DNA of 64,000 bases. Source: the human T2T-CHM13v2.0 reference genome, Homo sapiens. Under the pieces are notes generated by a model. The model saw only the letters and a list, made by a program, of their open reading frames with translations, did no database searches and was not told the origin of the DNA. Where the stretch lies: the NCBI RefSeq assembly GCF_009914755.1, contig NC_060926.1, one strand, 5' to 3'. A program made the translations under genes and the position numbers. Positions within the stretch are counted from its first letter, which is position 1, and every line of letters begins with the position of its first letter. Below are positions 1 to 13,229 of this stretch, in pieces.

Positions 1-104
1 AGTACTATTTTTTCACCTATAAAATTAAACATACATTATGCTGGGTAAGATACTGCTACACAGAAGTTAAACGGATACAACCTTGAGAAATATAATTAAT
101 TCTT

Positions 105-310
105 AAGAGTGCTCACTTTAGAGCCAGATTGCTTGGGTCAGAATCCTAGTTCTGCCACTTGGAAGAATACCTTAAGCAAATTATTTAGCCTCTCAAAGCC
201 TCATTTGTAGAACAGATAATAGTAGTATTCAATAGAGTTTGCTCAAATGATTAAGTTTAGATATGCAGAGTACATGATAAGCATTTAGAAAGTGTTAGCT
301 ATTATTATTA
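105..310 (+). mobile_element. MIR SINE remnant
   Basis: ctttagagccagattgcttgggtcagaatcctagttctgccact...agcctc...tgttagctattatt resembles the MIR core and 3' end. Confidence 0.7.
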
Positions 311-2616
311 CCCTTATGGAGGTCAATTAGGTAATATATTTCAGTTATGTGCAGCCCAATAATTCCATAATCATAGATGGACTCAAATATTTATGTGTCT
401 AAATAGTCATAGTTGCAATCTTTTTTAACAGAAAAAATATGGACTCCCTGGAATCAACCAAAATATTTGGCAATAGGGAAATGGTTAAGCAAACTGAAGT
501 ATGATAGTCATTAAAAACTATGTTTTCAAAAATTTACAGTAAGAAATTTTTTAACAGCAGCATATACAATGATTATCTTACCTTAATTTTACTGTCTGTT
601 CAGCCAACAATATGAAATTAAAATTCCAAAAACACATGAAAATGTTAATGTTGTTTGTTTCCAAGTGGTAGGATTACAGGTGATTTTTTTTATTTCCCTA
701 CTTGTACATTTAGATAATTATCAATTTTTCTACCAGGAATATACATCATTGTTATAATTAGAAAAGCTACTAAAATAAATTCATTGCTTTAACAGACTAT
801 GGTTGAATAGTTTTCACAAGACACTGATAGACTAATAACTAATTGTAATTCATGTGTTAACTCAGTGATTTGTTCTTACTAGTAATACCTTTACATTCTG
901 TTGACCTTACAATGGGCTAACAAGAACTACTTTTAAAAAAAAGTTGCATTATTTAAAACTACAAATTGTCTAGTAACTTTTATATAAACCTAACAGGACT
1001 ACTAAAGACCATCCATGTACTCTGGAATGAAAATAACAAAAAATTCCCTTTAAAGTCCCCCAATGTATAATATAAAAAAAAGGCATACCACTTTTTCTAG
1101 CCTTAATCATATAATCTTCCTGAACTGGACAAATGCTTTCATCCCTTAACTTCATTTAATGAATGATGTACAAACAAATGAAGCATTCTCTAATTTGTTT
1201 GAATCAAGTTTGTGATTTATGTATTACTTAAAAAGCCAAATTTTTACATTATATTTCATATTACTTAAATAGTTTCTAATTCAATATTGGTACTAATAAT
1301 TTTCCAGGTTCCTCTGAACTGCTATCTAGAAAGACAAGACAAAATAAATACTTTGTTAATAACAACCGTATGCTTTTATTTTTCTAACTTCTAAAGTCAG
1401 AGTAGTACTAACAGCTATGACAATACTGGCTGTCCCAAAACTATAAACAGTATTAGTTTAAGTATAAGTAACACTTTAATGAATCTGTTTCACTTTGTTT
1501 CATAACATGAAAAATGAAAAGCAAATTTATAATTAATTCTCTGCTCAGTGTGATCTGCAAGACTACCATCCAGCTTTCCTCTATGTACCAGTCCAGGTAG
1601 TACTATGCCAACAACTACCTTCCCTAAGAAAGAGAAACCTACTATGAAGATGAAAGCTGTTCCCTCAAATCTGGCAAACATTTCTGTAGCTCGAAGAAAA
1701 GAAAAAAAAAAAAAGATTAACTGTACCCATCTGTCCTTAAGACTCTTCCTGTTCTTAAGTATATCACAAATGAACATAAAACTCCTTCACTAATGTGAGT
1801 CGCCCTGTATGTTCCAGCTAACAATCACTTCCAAACAGTTGCTGTCCATGCTACACAAGTGGAGTTCCTCTAGCATTAGGGAGTGGGCATTTTATCATAA
1901 CACTCTTTCTCCTGATGAGTTAGCAAGCTTTTATAAACTAACTGAAGCTACTTCCAGGACCCCAGGGTAGAGATCTTAAGAGCCTGATTACATTCTGGAG
2001 ACAGTCACCTTCATAACAGGTTTCCCAAACTCTGAAGGCTAGGCCAAGAAAGGCTTTATTACCGTTTGATACAGGAAAGGACAGCATTTTCATTCAAACG
2101 TATCCTCTCCAATTCTAATCAAGCTCATCAAACCCATGTGGGCAAAACCCCAGACAGTAAAAATGGTAAGAAATGATTTTTCAAAGATAAAGATAATAAA
2201 AGGTTCACCTGAAAGCAACTAATCCTACATAGTGGAACAAAGCCCAGGAGTAAGGAAGAGACTCCCTGGGGCAGAATTATTTGATCCAGACCCACATTAT
2301 TTCCAGAAGTTTCACAATTACAGCCTGCTTTCTTTAAAAAGTTTTGTGGTCCTTGTTCCTCTGCATACAAATTAAAATTTAAACATTATCAAAAAGATGT
2401 GAAATGATACATTTTGTGCAAGGCGGGAAAGCTTATAAACTGGAATAAACTTTTCCTTTGTCAACAGCTTACAAATACAGAAACGTCCTTATTGTCTTCC
2501 ATCTTAAAAAGAACTTCTAGGAAAAGGTCTATTTAAAAATGCAAATTGTGCATTAAACTGTTGTGTATTATAACTTCTACAGACAATGATGAAGGTATAC
2601 TTAAAATACGCACTAA

Positions 2617-2946
<330 letters not shown>

Positions 2947-3144
2947 TTACTGATGGGAATTTATCTGGAGTAGTATCTATAAAATATCCAGTAAGTTCAA
3001 TTACCACTCTATTTTGCAATGAAAACAATCTCAAAACACAATTCTATATTTTTTTACAAGTTAATTTTGTAAAACAATCTGAGATGAGTGCTTGAGATTT
3101 TTTTTTTTTTTAAGACAAGAGTCTTGCTCTAAGGCCTAGGCTGG

Positions 3145-3712
<568 letters not shown>

Positions 3713-3739
3713 TTTTTCTTTTCTTTTTTTTTTTTTTGA

Positions 3740-3943
<204 letters not shown>

Positions 3944-4185
3944 TAACCTCAGGACCTCAGGTGATCCGCCTGCCTTGCCTCTCCCGAAGTGCTAGGATTA
4001 CAGGTGTGAAGGTGTGAATCACCTTGCCCGGCCGAGTGCTTGACACTTTTGGTGAAACTACAGTTTCCCTTAAATTACAGTAAGTATACATCCAAACAAC
4101 GGATGTAAAATACAATAATTTTTAAATATGTACATATGTGGAACCATAAACAATTAAGGATGTACATATGTATAACCATAAACAA

Positions 4186-4481
<296 letters not shown>

Positions 4482-4987
4482 ATATTTTTTCTTTACGGAA
4501 CACTAGGTATTAACTACTTTTGACTAGCAACTCACGCAGTCTGTAGTTATGAACAAGACTGCCAATCTGGAAGACAGGAATTTTGAAGGTCTATAAGCAC
4601 ACGGTTAGTAAGATAAATCTATGAAACACCCTAACACTGAGATATACATCTATCTGTAACAAAGGGCCATAAACTGTAATAGTTCTTTCCAATGGGAATC
4701 ACTTAGGAATGTTATTAATACTTATTAAACAGTAATGAAAAATTCTTTTAGAAATCAGCAGCTATTAACTACTGAATACCAAAACTAGTCACTTACTTCA
4801 TGTAAGGTTTTCAGAAAAACCTGCAAAAGTTATAGACAGAATGGATCCAAATTAGCTCATAATCATAACGAAGCTAACAAAAAAAAATTCAGTTCCAGTA
4901 CTATGTGGTAACGTATCACACAACGTTATTATACTGGTCAGCTAAAGGAATAATGAAATTCTCTCCCACCTCTTCTCCCCAACAATA

Positions 4988-5090
4988 TTAGCTCCAAAAG
5001 GCAGGGATCTTGGTCTTTCTAGCTATACTGACAGACCCCCAGAACAGTGCCTGGCACATAATATTCAGTATTTGCTGAACAAATTAAATG
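4988..5090 (+). mobile_element. L2 3' end
   Basis: agaacagtgcctggcacata...tatttgctgaacaaattaaatg. Confidence 0.65.
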
Positions 5091-5311
5091 ATGGCAAAAC
5101 AGGTAAGAGCAGGGAAACCTGAAGAGGTCAAAGAGTTTAATTACACATACATTAACGTACAACTGGTCAATCAGAAGGCCATTAACTTGAGTGAGTTGAT
5201 GTCAAATTTGAGTTACTCCACATTTTAGCAAAAAATCTTATTTAGAACATGAGACTTCAAGAATTGAGTAGTGTAAGGCTGCACACACTGCTAGAAAATC
5301 TGTTGTATATA

Positions 5312-5586
5312 GGCCTGGCGCGGTGGCTCACTCCTGTAATCCCAGCACTTTGGGAGGCCGAGGTCGGTGATCACCTGAGGTCGGGAGTTCGAGACCAGCC
5401 TGACCAACATGGAGAAACCTCGTCTCTACTAAAAATACGAAATTAGCCCGGTGTGGTGGCGCATGCCTGTAATCCCAGCTACTCAGGAGGCTTTTAACCC
5501 AGGAGGCGGAGGTTGCGGTTAGCTGAGATCACGCCATTGTACTCCAGCCTGGGCAACAGGAGCGAAACTCTTGTCTCAAAAAAAAA
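5312..5586 (+). mobile_element. Alu (AluSp-like) with a short right-arm deletion
   Basis: TSD agaaaatctgttgtata on both sides. Confidence 0.93.
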
Positions 5587-7158
5587 GAAAATCTGTTGTA
5601 TAAAACTATTAACTTCATAAAATTCTAAGTAATTCTAAACTCTAAAGTGGTCAGAATTTAGTAGGAAAATTAATATCACTCACAAATGCATAACCCAGCT
5701 CTGCCCAATTATAAGGGAAAACATACTAGTAAGCTTCGTTAGTACTCGCTTGTCAACATTTCTCACGTTTACTTAGAAAAAAGTTTGAAACATTCAAAAA
5801 ATCTTTAATTATTATCAAAACACTTATTCTCCTAAATTCCATCGTACCTATTTACACAAAGCAGAGGTTTTCGCACACTGACTTTAGTATTTATGTTCTT
5901 ACAATTTCAGAATTCTGCATGAGGTGTATCCTTTTAAATTTTAGGAATTCAGAGAGGTCCTCATGTTCTCTGAAACTAAATCACTTGACTCAACTGGGGC
6001 AATCACATCAAGGTAAGTCTTTCCTCACTGCAACTGCGCTTCAGGAAAAGCATGCTTTAAAAAGTGACAACAAATCCCCCTCTTTCGCTGGTACATCATA
6101 TGAAGTATTTATGAATCTAAGAAGGGAAGACCAAGATCTTTCTCTAATTTTACTTTTTAAAATCTTCTGTCCGATTGCTAGTTCGTCTGTCTTGACGTAT
6201 GCCTTTTATTGTAGCGACATAGGCAAGTATGCCCAGTTCGTTAACAGTACATTTTAATTGCTTGCCACGGGGAAGCTGAACCAGATTTGACACCCAAAGT
6301 TATATCCTATATACTAAACATCGCAAGGGTACGACTCAACGTAATGCCAAAAAAGAAAAAGTTTCTGAGCAGAACACGTTTGCTGTCACTGAAAGCGATG
6401 AAACAAAGCTACTCCGCAAGGCGACTACACTCATTCTTTGGGCTCCCAAGGCTGAGAAATGGAGAACCAATTGGCCGGTTTGCTCTCTGTTGCTTCCCCC
6501 CCACCCGGCCTTCCTCCGAGTGGCGAGGCAATCCTGCACAAGAGTTTGTAAAGTGCTTAGGAAGCTTGTAGGATGAAAGACGCTATAAATACACCCAATG
6601 TTACTAGTTTATGACCACGGAGCATTCCGTGGAACCACTGTCACTGCGTCGGGGGCAGGTTGATGGCATAGACCTTCCTGGGGAGGGGGGCAGAGAGAGA
6701 GGGCAGCCCCTTCATCACCCTAAAAGCTAGGCTGGGTAATTTTTCAAAGTGTAGCGAAACCCCACGTGAAAAGTTCCACACACGCCCCACACAGGGAGGA
6801 CTCCGCGGCTGCTAGCAGCGCCGGAGACTGGGCCTACAACCCCGGCAACGTGGGGAGGCGTGGGGCGGCCGAGGGGCCCCGGCCGCAGCCGACGCCCGCG
6901 GAGCGGCTGAAGGAGCAGCTCCCGGACGGGGGCGCGGCGCCAGGCCCGGGCTCCCGGCGCGGGGAACGGCCCGGGAGGGCGGCCGCGCCGGGGCCCCGCG
7001 CCGCCCGGTTGCCGGGAAGGCTCGCGCCCCGCGGCCGGCGGGCGTGGGGGAGGGGAGGCCGGGCCTGCGGCCTGTTGGGGGACTTCAGCCCGGGCCTCGC
7101 GTGCGGCTCTCGGCCCGGCCCCCGGCCCCGGGGTCCCGGACGCCGAGGAGAGACTCAC

Positions 7159-7224
7159 CGGAAAGGCCCGGATCCGCATCTTGGTGTCCTTCCGGCTGCC
7201 CGTGCCTTTGCTCAGATTCGACAT
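7159..7224 (-). CDS. CUL3: Cullin-3, coding part of exon 1 (codons 1-22)
   Basis: Minus-strand ATG at 7224-7222 in a good Kozak context (AGCACCATGT). Translation MSNLSKGTGSRKDTKMRIRAFP matches the known CUL3 N-terminus. After 66 nt comes a canonical CCG|GTGAGT donor (plus-strand ACTCAC 7153-7158). The 165-aa ORF-track entry is read-through into the intron. Confidence 0.97.
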
Positions 7225-7377
7225 GGTGCTCGTCCCCTCCCCGGCGGCGGCTTCAGGTCGCGCTCCGCGACGCCGGTGTCACATTTAAGGCGGGCAGGCA
7301 GGCTAGGGGCGACGCTGGGGGCGGCGGCGGCGCGACCCCCGGGCAGGGCTGGGGAGCTGGCCGGCCCCTGGGCAGCC

Positions 7378-7413
7378 GCGGCGGCGGCGGGGGCGGCGGC
7401 GGCGGCGGCGGCG
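7378..7413. repeat. Interrupted trinucleotide repeat (GCG)4 GGG (GCG)7, read as CCG on the CUL3 mRNA
   Basis: Counted directly. Shorter GCG tracts also occur at ~7321-7332 and ~7523-7539. Confidence 0.95.
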
Positions 7414-7574
7414 GCTCGGACTCTGGCGACTCCGATGCGGCTGGGGGGCTGCGCTGGCGCGGCGGCTCCGCGGGGTCCCCCTCACGTCCGGCTCGGCTCC
7501 CTTTATCGCGCTCCTCCGCGATGGCGGCGGCGGCGGCGACGGACAAACATCTCACTGCGCAGGCCGAACGTCGT

Positions 7575-7603
7575 CCTCCTCCTCCTCCTTCTCCTCCTCC
7601 GCC
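7575..7603. repeat. Imperfect (CCT)n repeat, GGA-rich on the CUL3 strand
   Basis: cctcctcctcctccttctcctcctccgcc. Confidence 0.85.
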
Positions 7604-7739
7604 TGAGCGAGACGAGATCCGGCCCAGAGGGTGGAGGGGGGAGGAGGGAGGGAGGAGAGCCGGAGAGTGAGAGATGCCGGGGGAGGGAGGTGGGAGGACG
7701 GGAGGGGGAGCCCGGCGGCCGCCGCGGGGGACGCTCAGA

Positions 7740-7749
7740 TCTCGCGAGA
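7740..7749. promoter_or_regulatory. TCTCGCGAGA palindrome (CGCG element / BANP motif)
   Basis: Perfect 10-bp palindrome TCTCGCGAGA, the consensus of a known CpG-island promoter motif. Confidence 0.8.
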
Positions 7750-9404
7750 AGAGGGCGAGCGCGCTGCCCCCCTGGTGGGCGGGGCGAAGCCCGGGAGAGG
7801 GTGGGCGCCACCGGAGGGGAGGAGGGGAACAGGGAACTGAAGGAAGTGGGAGGGGCCGGCGGGGCGGGGAAGCGGAAAGGGGGCGTGGCTGAGGGCGGGA
7901 GGATTAAGCTGCCTTTTTGAAAGTGGAGCGCCAGGTCCCGGGTTCTGGGTGGAGGTGGTTGCTGATTGGTGGAGCTCGGAGCGGCGGTTGGGAGGGTCCT
8001 GGTCACATGGTGGGGAGTGGGAGGGGGGAAGTTCGGAGAGCGGGAGCGGGATGGTAGTGGGCTGGGCCCCACTGGGCTGGGACAGCAGGAGGATAGTCTT
8101 GAGGAGGAGCGTGGGGTGCTAGATGTGTAACTACGTCCCGAACTGGTTCCTGTGTTTTTCTAGGGCATGTGGACTAGGGATGGGTACTTGAGTAGAAGCC
8201 TGCAACTTGAAGAGTTTGTGCAGGAGTTAGCTGCAGTGTCGGAAATTAGTGTCCTGTATGCTCAACAAGGTATTCGGACTGGGTGTGCACACCACAGCTC
8301 TCAGGACTGGAAGGTGGAAATTTAATCTACGAAGTTCCCTTAAACTGCATAAGCTTCGGGACCTCTTGATTCACTGATATTTTCTGGTGGACCCAGGGCT
8401 TATTCATGTTAAAACCTGTTTTTCATTACCATCAGAATAAACTGACAGCTCCATTAATGAAATGCAGCATTTGGTAAATAATGTTAAGTGGAATGATAGA
8501 AACCTATCTTTAACCTACCGGATAAATCATTTCTACCATTACCAAGAGTATTGTAGATTTTTAAAGCCAAAATTACCGTCTGATTCAGTTGCTGTATATT
8601 TGAAAAGGTTTTGGCTTTTGGTTTTGGAGGAGAGGCGTTTGGTCGCTTTATAGTCAAAATGTCTAATTTGACTTATCGGTTTTGCTGTCCATTTGTTATG
8701 AATTGTACTTCCTCATTTACCTACTTGCCCAATTGCTGTTATGTTTGGGTTTCTGACTCTGCAAGGGAATACGTGAGTTCTTATTAAAGTTTGTGTTCTT
8801 CCTATTTTAAAGAAGCATATGTTTGGGGGATGGATATCTACATTTAGAAGCTGGAATTTTAATACTTTTAAATAGCAAACAATATAAAGTGAAATACACT
8901 TATTTGTTGACTGTAAGGTTGAATTTGCCCTAAATTAACTTAATCCTGATGACTAAGCTTATGAGTGTTGTGCTTAAAGCCCCTTCTTGCTTAAAACGCC
9001 CCACTGCAAATACCATATTTTCTTGTTTTTTTTTTTTTTTTGTGGGAGTTTTTTGGTATTGGCTAATTAAAGCAGGAGCTTAAGAAACAAGAATGTTGCT
9101 TAAGACAATATCTGTAAATACTGAAGCTAAAAATAGGTTATCAAGAACTGAGTTGATAAACTAAGATTGGGAGAGGCTCTGACTTCAATGTAAGATAATG
9201 TCAGCCTTGAATAGGAGTTTATAATCTCTATGCTAATTGAACCTCCATTTCCATAACATAATATAATAACAAACAATGTTTTTCTCTTGGTTGTACTCTC
9301 ATATGGCCCAGTTTCTTTGTAATGTAAGAATATATGTTCAGAATAGGGATCTCTGAGGAACCAAAAAAAGAAATAAAAAAATATTTTAAAAAAGAATATG
9401 TGTT

Positions 9405-9625
9405 CTTGGAGCCATTGTTTGAATCTCAATTCTGCCACTTTACTAGCTGTGTTTTGCATCTTTTGGGGCATGGAGTTGACAATCCCCAGAATTTCTCATC
9501 TGTAAAAGGGAGACAATAACAATACTTCCTCCTTGGGCTACCGTGAAATTTAAATAGATGAATACGTTTTAAAGAGCCCTGAGAACTGGGCATGGAGCAG
9601 CAACTTACCACCTGTTGGCTGTTAT
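9405..9625 (+). mobile_element. MIR remnant
   Basis: tgccactttactagctgt...tttctcatctgtaaaaggg...aaatagatgaatacg. Confidence 0.7.
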
Positions 9626-11876
9626 TAACATGGGCATTAAAGCCAAGGTTATACTACTTCCTTTATTCAATAGGTAGGTTTCTAAACAACAACAACAAAA
9701 AACACTTGTATGCTTTTATAAAATGAGTCATATTTTGAAACTAAGCCAGTCTCCGACATTTGGATCTCTCAGACTAATAAAATATTTTCTGATAAGCTAG
9801 GGAGTCATTATAGATTTGGCAACTTTATATTGGCAAGGGTATTAAAAAGGAACAACTAGCATAGATTATTCCCATCATTTATTAAAAAGTATTTTAACCT
9901 CAGAAATGAGGGAAGATCCATTTTTGAATAAAGGACAGTTCCTTGAATTGAACAGCCTCGTAATGAACAATACGTCACACGAATTTTTCTTATTTCACTG
10001 TGAACCTAAGGAGACATCATGGGCCAGCATTTAGAAACCCACTACATTAAGGTATGTTTCTACTTAATTGTAAAGCATATAGTAAGTATAGTAACTGTAA
10101 TGTATTTGCTTTGTGAACCCAGATTTTCGTATATTGGTGTTGCTTAACCAAAATTTAGCTGCGTCTAAAAGCATCACTGTGAACTGTGTCTTCCCTTAAG
10201 CTTTTAACCACCAAGGATCAGAAAAATGCTTCAAAATGATTTTGTCATTAAGAAGTCTGCTCATTTATTTGTTCAGTTATTCATTTATTCAATAATTATT
10301 ATTGAATGGCTACTGTATGTCAGGAACTAGGGTGAATGAGACAGATGGGACCTGCCATCACATCCTTTTTCACATCTCACAGTTTGTAAACCACAGACCC
10401 ATATTGGATTTGGCCCCAACTTTGTATATGCTTCAGTTCTGAAATCAGATATTTTCCTTCCTGTGGAAGCAACATCCTCAGAATGTCTATGAAATACTTT
10501 CTGAAGCAGCAGTAGATTATTTTTCTGTGCCCAGTCATATTCCCTGACTTGCAAATAGCAAATAAACTTTCAGGATGTTGCTTTTCTGCAAACTGCCACC
10601 TGATCTAGCAGAGAAAGCAGCACTGGAATAGGAACTCACTAGATCTTGCATGGCTGGCGATTGGTATTCCTACTCATGCTGACAGTGTCCTGACACAGGA
10701 AAACAGTGGCCTCATTTCCATTTATTCTTTCCATTTATGCATATGGAGCACATGCATTCAGAGAGATCAGGCAGTTGGGTGGGCCAGCCCCTTTTCTACA
10801 TCCCAGTCTGTGAAAGAGCAATATAAGATGTGAGGAGCTGGTAAAAGGAAGTAATAGCCTCTTCTTGACCATCAGTTTCTAGGTACTCGGGATACCAAGT
10901 CACTTTAATCAATGTTTCAGATCTGCTGATTTTATTGTACAGATATTGGTTGTTAAAACAGCTCAAAGCCTACAATTTCAATTTGAAAGACCCGTTCAAT
11001 GGTTTTGAGTAGACCAAGACTATGTTAAGAGAGAGAAAATGTTTTTAAGTTGGAAGGCAAAGATGTATAGATATTATCAGCTCTTGGAATGGAAGGGCTA
11101 GATCTTCTACTTTCTTGTCTCTACCAGGCAACTAATAAGTATTATAGGCCATTAGATATGGAGTTGTATATATTTAGGGTAGTAGCATGTGTATGTGCAT
11201 TATAAGATGACATTGTCGGCAAATACCCCATTGAGAACATAACCACAGATGCTTAAATATGTGAAAACTGTAGGCCTTCTCCATGCAACTTTTCTACTGT
11301 GTCCTTAAAATTTTTCTTATATTATTGAGACAAGAAGCATATGAGACACATAAGCATATGAGACGTTACATCTTAAACTAAAAAATGTTAAATGTCTGAT
11401 TATATCATAAAAATCCATCTCAGTATTTCATCATATGGTCATACAAAAGAAAATCATCTCCCTGGCAGCTCTGGAAATGTTCTGGTTGGCTTGGACAGTC
11501 TGTCTATTCCACATGTACCCAATAAATTAACATTTTGTAAATAAAAATATGTATACAACCAACTAACCCAATTGAACATAATATAGATTCTCAATTTAAA
11601 AATATAGGCATGGCTTCTATGTAATCTTATTTCAAAGAAAAAGAATTTCTTCTTATTAATACCATTGTAACAGTAAATGTATCAAGAAACCTCTAGGGGA
11701 CAGTTATGAGTATGTATTGCTTTCATTCATGACAAGTAAAATATATGTTGAAGTTTGTAACTCATCAGCTCTGTCTTTGTGAAGTAAGTTAATTTTGGAG
11801 TTGAGATAAAGCATTGTGCCAAAAGAGCTATAAAAATAATGGTCTAAATTTTATGTTAGATTTAGTAATTGTATGA

Positions 11877-12216
<340 letters not shown>

Positions 12217-12362
12217 AATGGCATTATCTTTAAACTTCTTTAATAAGCTCTTTGTCTTCAGTTCGTAATAAAACTATATTCTTAACTCTTATATCTAGAA
12301 CTGGTAGAAATCAGAATCTGAGAGAAGGAGCCCTCGTAAAGAAAAGAACCTTTAAGAGACTA

Positions 12363-12743
<381 letters not shown>

Positions 12744-13229
12744 CTAGAGTAAGTTGATTTTTAAGTTATTGGTCTCTGAGTCCTTTAATTTTTGCATGGC
12801 TAGATATTGGGCAAAAAAAAACCCTTTAATGGGCAATTCTGAAATAGTGTGACAAGTGGACACCTTGTTAGGATAAAACCAGCAACTTTACATCAAACCT
12901 AGTTAAAAACCTTTTAAAGAATTTTCATTTATGAGAAATTGGTTAAAAATGGTATGGAACTTCTCTGTTACTGAAATTCTCATTGAGAAGTGGCTATCTC
13001 TACATGAACCTTTGGGGTTTTTTTTGGTTTTTTTTGAGGAAAAAAACTACTTTAGATGCCTGTTGTAAAGGCAGTTTCATATTCTTCTGTTAATTAGTAT
13101 AGTGATGTTTGTCCTTTCTTGGGGAGGGGAGGAGGTATTTCCTATTAGTACCCTGGTCTCTTGTTTTAACAGAATCACCCACTGGGTGTGGTCTTGGTGG
13201 ATAGTGGCTTCTACTTCCTACCATGGTAG

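Larger units (their letters stand above)
7225..7610 (-). other. CUL3: CUL3 exon 1 5' leader (UTR); upstream end approximate
   Basis: GC-rich sequence directly upstream of the ATG, with CCG and GGA repeat tracts. The TSS cannot be fixed from sequence and is inferred to lie just downstream of the promoter motifs at 7740-7970. Confidence 0.6.
6600..8150. promoter_or_regulatory. CpG island / CUL3 promoter
   Basis: Very high GC and CpG density against AT-rich flanks. GC boxes GGGGCGGG (~7861) and GGGGCGTGGC (~7880), CCAAT on the minus strand (GATTGG ~7964-7969), E-box CACGTG 6763-6768, YY1-like GATGGCGGC ~7520. No TATA box. Confidence 0.92.

Noticed and set aside
6615-6632. Hairpin ccacgga-gcat-tccgtgg at the edge of the CpG island
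   Set aside because: A 7-bp stem is expected by chance and there is no other RNA-gene feature.
6727-7158. Extension of the CUL3 ORF to 165 aa
   Set aside because: Read-through past the GTGAGT donor into GC-rich intron; it does not match CUL3 after residue 22.
6766-7920. Long plus-strand ORFs over the CpG island (384 aa, and 208 aa with poly-Gly)
   Set aside because: Both start at GTG, are low-complexity Arg/Gly/Ala/Pro, and are expected from stop-codon scarcity at this GC content. No recognisable domain.
8128-8142. ACTAC..TCCC similarity to the ZNF143/THAP11 motif
   Set aside because: Spacing is shorter than the ACTACAnnTCCC consensus; weak match.
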